A DNA stretch of 64,000 nucleotides, taken from positions 544,001 to 608,000 of the forward strand of contig OZ242180.1 of NCBI GenBank assembly GCA_965205485.1. Reading direction: 5' to 3'. Of this stretch, positions 59,916 through 64,000 are shown in pieces. Under the pieces are notes generated by a model. The model was not told the origin of the DNA. It ran no database searches and worked only from the letters and a program-made list of their open reading frames with translations. The number at the start of each line of letters is the position of its first letter. The stretch's first letter is position 1. Source of the stretch: Candidatus Latescibacterota bacterium. GTDB lineage: Bacteria; Latescibacterota; UBA2968; GCA-2709665. A program made the translations under genes and the position numbers.

Positions 59916-60800
59916 TCAAGCGCCGTAATAGGACTCGACGGGGATGCCGGGAAGGATTTCGCGCGTGGTCAGGGCGATGCGGTCGACTTCGGCGTCGCTC
60001 AGGGCGGTGACGTACGATTCGGCGGGTTTTCGGGCAACCGTGTAGATCTGGATGTTCTTGAGCTGCCCACCCTGTTCCAGGAGGTCGGACAGGACGCTGC
60101 AGAAGGCGAGAATTTCGTCGTCGGGGGGCGGCTGGCCGTGGACGCGCATGAACAAGCTCTGGATCACCAGGGGCCACCTTCGCGCGGCCAGATTCAGATT
60201 GTCCACGATCCGCTGGAAAGATATCTTCGTACGTTCTACCAGGTGATAATATTCGGCCGTGCCCGCTTCCAGCTTGGCCCAGATTTCCCCGTTGTTCCTG
60301 TGCATGACTTCAAACGCGTCCAGAACCGCGGGGACGTGGAAGCGGGTGCAGTTCGTGATGGCGGTGATTTTGACCTCCGGCAGGTCGAATGCGCGTTTGA
60401 CGTCCGCGGTCCTTTCAACGATCTCACGAAACCGGGGATAGGTTGTGGGCTCGCCGTCGCCTGAGAATGCGATATCGTTGATCCGTTTCAGGCGGTCCGG
60501 AATATCCCGAAAGGCCGGGTGTTGAAAGAGGCTGCCGGAAAGCGTGTCGTCCAGCAGGGCCGTAAGTTCCCGGATGATCCGGTCTTCGTCCACCTTGCGC
60601 AGCACGGGCGGGACCGTGCGGTCCACCTGGCAGTAGATGCAGTCGAAGTTGCAGATCTTGTCCGGGTTCAGATTGATGCCGACGGAGATGCCGCCGGAGC
60701 GCCGCGAGAGTACGGGATAGACGTACCGGTTGTTCTCGAACAGCCTTGGGTGAGAGGTAACGGCCCGGCGCACGGCCGTCTCGCCGGATGGAGTCGACAT
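59916..60800 (-). CDS. Radical SAM protein of unknown function
   Basis: YPVLSRRSGGISVGINL, CNFDCIYC, FSGDGEPT; start may be 60818. Confidence 0.85.
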   Translation of the reverse strand: MSTPSGETAVRRAVTSHPRLFENNRYVYPVLSRRSGGISVGINLNPDKICNFDCIYCQVDRTVPPVLRKVDEDRIIRELTALLDDTLSGSLFQHPAFRDIPDRLKRINDIAFSGDGEPTTYPRFREIVERTADVKRAFDLPEVKITAITNCTRFHVPAVLDAFEVMHRNNGEIWAKLEAGTAEYYHLVERTKISFQRIVDNLNLAARRWPLVIQSLFMRVHGQPPPDDEILAFCSVLSDLLEQGGQLKNIQIYTVARKPAESYVTALSDAEVDRIALTTREILPGIPVESYYGA

Positions 60801-61030
60801 CGTTTCTTTTTCATCCATGGGGATTGCGCATCCTCGTAGTTTCCAATGACAGCGTTGGTCGAAGGGGCCTGCCCTACAGAAGTACCCCAATATACCAAAA
60901 TTGACCGTGGCGCGCACGTTTCAAACGGTTTTCAGCGGAATTTCCGCGGCGCCGTTTTCCGCTTGTGTCCGAATACAAAAAACGATACCTTGTAAACCGT
61001 GATAAGGGAGAGGCAAGAGGAGAGAATCGT

Positions 61031-61053
61031 GCGACCGCAAGGGTCACCCCTAC
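61031..61053 (-). repeat. GTAG-type REP-like palindrome
   Basis: Minus strand GTAGGGGTGACCCTTGCGGTCGC; a similar GTAG-headed palindrome at 59079-59104. Confidence 0.55.
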
Positions 61054-61148
61054 AACCGCAATTGAAACGTGGAAATTGGGATCAGGTTTTTGGTTTTGCT
61101 TGTAGCTGACGGCTGAAGGCTGATAGCTGACAGCTCTGTCGAGGGTTT

Positions 61149-61661
61149 ATGTCCACCTTTATTGGCAGCCTGCCGGAACGGAAGAAAGTCTGCAAGGTTA
61201 CATTCACCAATTGGGACAAAACAGTCGAGTGCAAACCGCACACCAACCTCCGGCAACTGGCAATCGATAACGATATCGGTCTGTACAACGGGATCACCCG
61301 TTTCGTGAATTGCGAAGGCAACGGGTTGTGCGGAACCTGCACCGTCGAAGTTGTCCCGCAGGACGGCCTCACCGTGAAGGGCGCCCGGGAGAACCTGCGG
61401 TTTCTGCTGCTGAAGGGGAACCTGCGCCTCGCCTGCCAGGTGGAGGTTACCGGAGACATACAGGTTACCAAACACGCGGGCCTGAAGGGCAATAAGGGAT
61501 ACGTACCGGGAATCGACCGAGCCGAGGTGGTGCGCCTCTATCGGGACGAAGGCAAGACAGTAACCGAAATCGCCGAGCGGATGCAGTGTTCGGAGGCCAG
61601 GGTGGTCACCCTGCTCGAACACGGGCGCGTAGAATTACGCCGTCCGGGCTCTGCAGCATAG
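61149..61661 (+). CDS. 2Fe-2S ferredoxin with C-terminal helix-turn-helix
   Basis: NCEGNGLCGTCTV..LRLACQ, then VRLYRDEGKTVTEIAERMQCSEARVVTLL. Confidence 0.8.
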   Translation: MSTFIGSLPERKKVCKVTFTNWDKTVECKPHTNLRQLAIDNDIGLYNGITRFVNCEGNGLCGTCTVEVVPQDGLTVKGARENLRFLLLKGNLRLACQVEVTGDIQVTKHAGLKGNKGYVPGIDRAEVVRLYRDEGKTVTEIAERMQCSEARVVTLLEHGRVELRRPGSAA

Positions 61662-61692
61662 GCGCACGACAGGTGGGTGGAACGGTGTACTC

Positions 61693-61717
61693 AAGGCGGC
61701 TATATGTCGCCTTTTTT
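61693..61717 (+). terminator. Rho-independent terminator
   Basis: AAGGCGGC/GTCGCCTT stem followed by a T run. Confidence 0.65.
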
Positions 61718-61898
61718 GTGTGGCCCCGAAATCGAATGTCTCGCCGCCGCATGACAGTTCTTCAGTTGCCACGCGCAGGTTTTGGCTTACATTATAATCC
61801 CGGTAGCGCGTCCAAAACAATGTCATCCATTTTCTACTCCGGCAGATAGAAGAGACAAATCTTCAGCTGACGTTTCATACCTAACGACATCAGACGTT

Positions 61899-64000
61899 AT
61901 GAACTGCCGCCTACTCCCGTCCGTCTCACGAACCTTGTCTTTCCTCGTACTTACGATCGGCCTGGCAAACTTCCCGGCGGGCGCCCAATCTCAGGCCACA
62001 ACGGGTGTAGTCCGGGGTTTCGTTTGCGATCAGTTCGACAATCCCATTGAAGGCGCCACGGTCATCCTCAGAGAGACCGGTACCAATTACCGGAGAGTCC
62101 TGGCGTCGTCGGAAGCCGGTTTGTTCACCGCCACCCTGCTGCCTCTCGGGTTCTATGACGTGACGATACACGCGGAGGGATGGGCCGAAGCCCGTCAGAC
62201 GGGCGTGCAGGTCCGGGTTGGAGAGACCGTTGAACTGACGATCAAGATGATTATTGAAATGGAAGAGTTCGTCGTTGTGGCCAGAAGGCCGGCTGTGGAC
62301 GTCTCCCGGACGGAGACGGCCACCCGCCTACCTGAAGAAGCGGTACAGGACCTGCCCAACAACGGGCGCAATTTTCTCAACCTCACGCTCCTGACGCCCG
62401 GTGTGAGCATCGTCCAGGGTCCGGACGGAGACGAACTGACCATTGGCGGCCAACGCGGTATCCACAACAACATTTCGGTGGACGGCGCTGACTTCAACAA
62501 CCCGTTTTTCGGCGAGCAGCGCGGGGGTCAGCGTCCTGCCTTCACCTTCAATCTGGATGCCGTCGCGGAAATCGTCGTCGTCCCGCAGGGCGCAAACGCG
62601 GAATTCGGGCGCTCGAGCGGCGGCTTCGTCAACGTCATCACCAAATCGGGCACCAACACGCTCAGCGGATCGGCGCATTTCTTCGGCAAGCACGACGCGC
62701 TCTCCGAAATCGCGAGGCACAATGGCACCGAGCGCAGGCCCAGCTTCAGGCAGGGACAATTCGGCTTCACCGTCGGCGGTCCGCTGAAGCGGGACAAGGC
62801 GTTTTTCTTCGCCGCGTACGACCAGCAGGTGATGAGGGACACCCGTCAAAGCGACGCCGGGCGCATGGACCGCCGCCTGCGAGACTTTATGGACACGGGT
62901 TTCGAAGGTGCGTTGAGGGACGATTACGGCCCCATCGACCGTACCAACGACGCCCGTGCTTTTCTGGCCAAGGTGGACCTCCGCCTCTCAAAACGCCACT
63001 CCGCCACCTTCAAATACAACTATACGTGGTCCGTTCAGGAAAACGGCACCTTCGACGTGGACGCCTGGGCGCGCAGCGCCAACGCGATTGAAGAAGACTG
63101 GTCGCACGCCTTCAACGGCAGCCTGGTATCGCTTCTCTCGCCGACCACCGTCAATGAGTTCCGGTTCCAGTTTTCCCGCGAGGAACGTCCGCGCCCCTAC
63201 GAGGGTCCGATAAACCCCTATACCGGGCGCCCCTTCCCGGATACCGGCATGGACTTTGAGTACGGTTATCGCTTCGGGATGCCCTTCTTCATCCCGGTGG
63301 AGTACTACGACACCCGAGTCCAGCTGCTCAACAATATCTCCTTTGCCAGAGGCGGCCACCTGTTCAAGGCCGGCGTCGAGTGGAACCGTGTCGAATCCGT
63401 GCAAACCTTTATCGGTTTCGCCAACGGTCGGTACATCTTCGACTCGGTGGACGGGTTTCTCAACTTCGTAGAAAAGGGCAATCGATACGTCGAATGCTCC
63501 GACGGCAGTTTCAGCATCCAGGGCGCATGCCCCGAAGGCGCACGAATCACGGGACCGGTCCTGTTCTACCTGGAGCAGGCCGGCGTGGGCGGGTTGTCTG
63601 TGGAAGAAGCGGGCACGCAGAGCATTCCGCAGCACGAACTGGCGCTGTTCGTGCAGGACAGTTGGCAGGCTTCCGGCAGACTGACGGTCAACTATGGTTT
63701 GCGCTGGGAGGCACAGATCCAGCCGGACCCGATTACCGATCCTTCCCGGGTCTTCTTCGCCGATTTCATCGGCAAGACGGTGACCAATGACGAGGGCGTC
63801 CAAAGGTTCCCGTCCAACGGCAGGATTCCCTCCGACCTCGATATGATCCAGCCGCGGATCGGCCTGGCTTACGACGCGCACGGCGACAGCCGGACGCTCC
63901 TGCGCGCCAGCGCGGGGATCTACTACGCCCGCATCCCGGGACTGAATCTGGCCAGCACACGCTCCACAAATGGCTCGAGAGGGCAATCCCTTTTCCGGTC
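61899..64000 (+). CDS. TonB-dependent receptor, Oar-like with N-terminal carboxypeptidase-regulatory domain (3' end outside window)
   Basis: Not in the ORF track. Hand translation: MNCRLL..AQSQATTGVVRG.V.D..IEGATV; LPNNGRNFLNLTLLTPGV, VDGADFN, AEFGRSSGGFVNVITKSGTN, QFGFTVGGPL, FVQDSW..LTVNYGLRWE, QPRIGLAYD. Confidence 0.9.
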   Translation, partial: MNCRLLPSVSRTLSFLVLTIGLANFPAGAQSQATTGVVRGFVCDQFDNPIEGATVILRETGTNYRRVLASSEAGLFTATLLPLGFYDVTIHAEGWAEARQTGVQVRVGETVELTIKMIIEMEEFVVVARRPAVDVSRTETATRLPEEAVQDLPNNGRNFLNLTLLTPGVSIVQGPDGDELTIGGQRGIHNNISVDGADFNNPFFGEQRGGQRPAFTFNLDAVAEIVVVPQGANAEFGRSSGGFVNVITKSGTNTLSGSAHFFGKHDALSEIARHNGTERRPSFRQGQFGFTVGGPLKRDKAFFFAAYDQQVMRDTRQSDAGRMDRRLRDFMDTGFEGALRDDYGPIDRTNDARAFLAKVDLRLSKRHSATFKYNYTWSVQENGTFDVDAWARSANAIEEDWSHAFNGSLVSLLSPTTVNEFRFQFSREERPRPYEGPINPYTGRPFPDTGMDFEYGYRFGMPFFIPVEYYDTRVQLLNNISFARGGHLFKAGVEWNRVESVQTFIGFANGRYIFDSVDGFLNFVEKGNRYVECSDGSFSIQGACPEGARITGPVLFYLEQAGVGGLSVEEAGTQSIPQHELALFVQDSWQASGRLTVNYGLRWEAQIQPDPITDPSRVFFADFIGKTVTNDEGVQRFPSNGRIPSDLDMIQPRIGLAYDAHGDSRTLLRASAGIYYARIPGLNLASTRSTNGSRGQSLFR

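Overview
GC-rich bacterial chromosomal window. The gene content (giant secreted WD40 protein with a C-terminal dockerin/EF-hand-like pair, several PhyH dioxygenases, FGE-sulfatase lipoprotein, Rpn nuclease, DUF2283, Oar-like TonB receptor) resembles sponge-associated Latescibacterota/Gemmatimonadota-type genomes; this taxonomy is inference only. Housekeeping genes: rpmB, rimO-folA-thyA, an RNB ribonuclease, RidA, pspA with a sigma-54 promoter, and coxD/coxE/xdhC-like maturation genes. The central block is a phosphate locus: phoB and phoR, split by a MITE/REPIN-flanked insertion, and a CHAD-ParA-ppk1 operon divergent from porin-pstSCAB-phoU, with a four-repeat Pho box between them. Top candidates for undescribed biology: (1) the CHAD + orphan ParA + PPK1 operon as a polyphosphate-granule positioning system; (2) two paralogous promoter-bearing hairpin RNAs with C-rich loops flanking the WD40 gene; (3) a FolC-ATP-grasp fusion; (4) an Rpn gene with a strong internal SD/ATG for an intragenic antitoxin. 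No rRNA, tRNA, CRISPR array, reverse transcriptase or intact transposase was recognised. All product calls come from motif recognition, not database searches.
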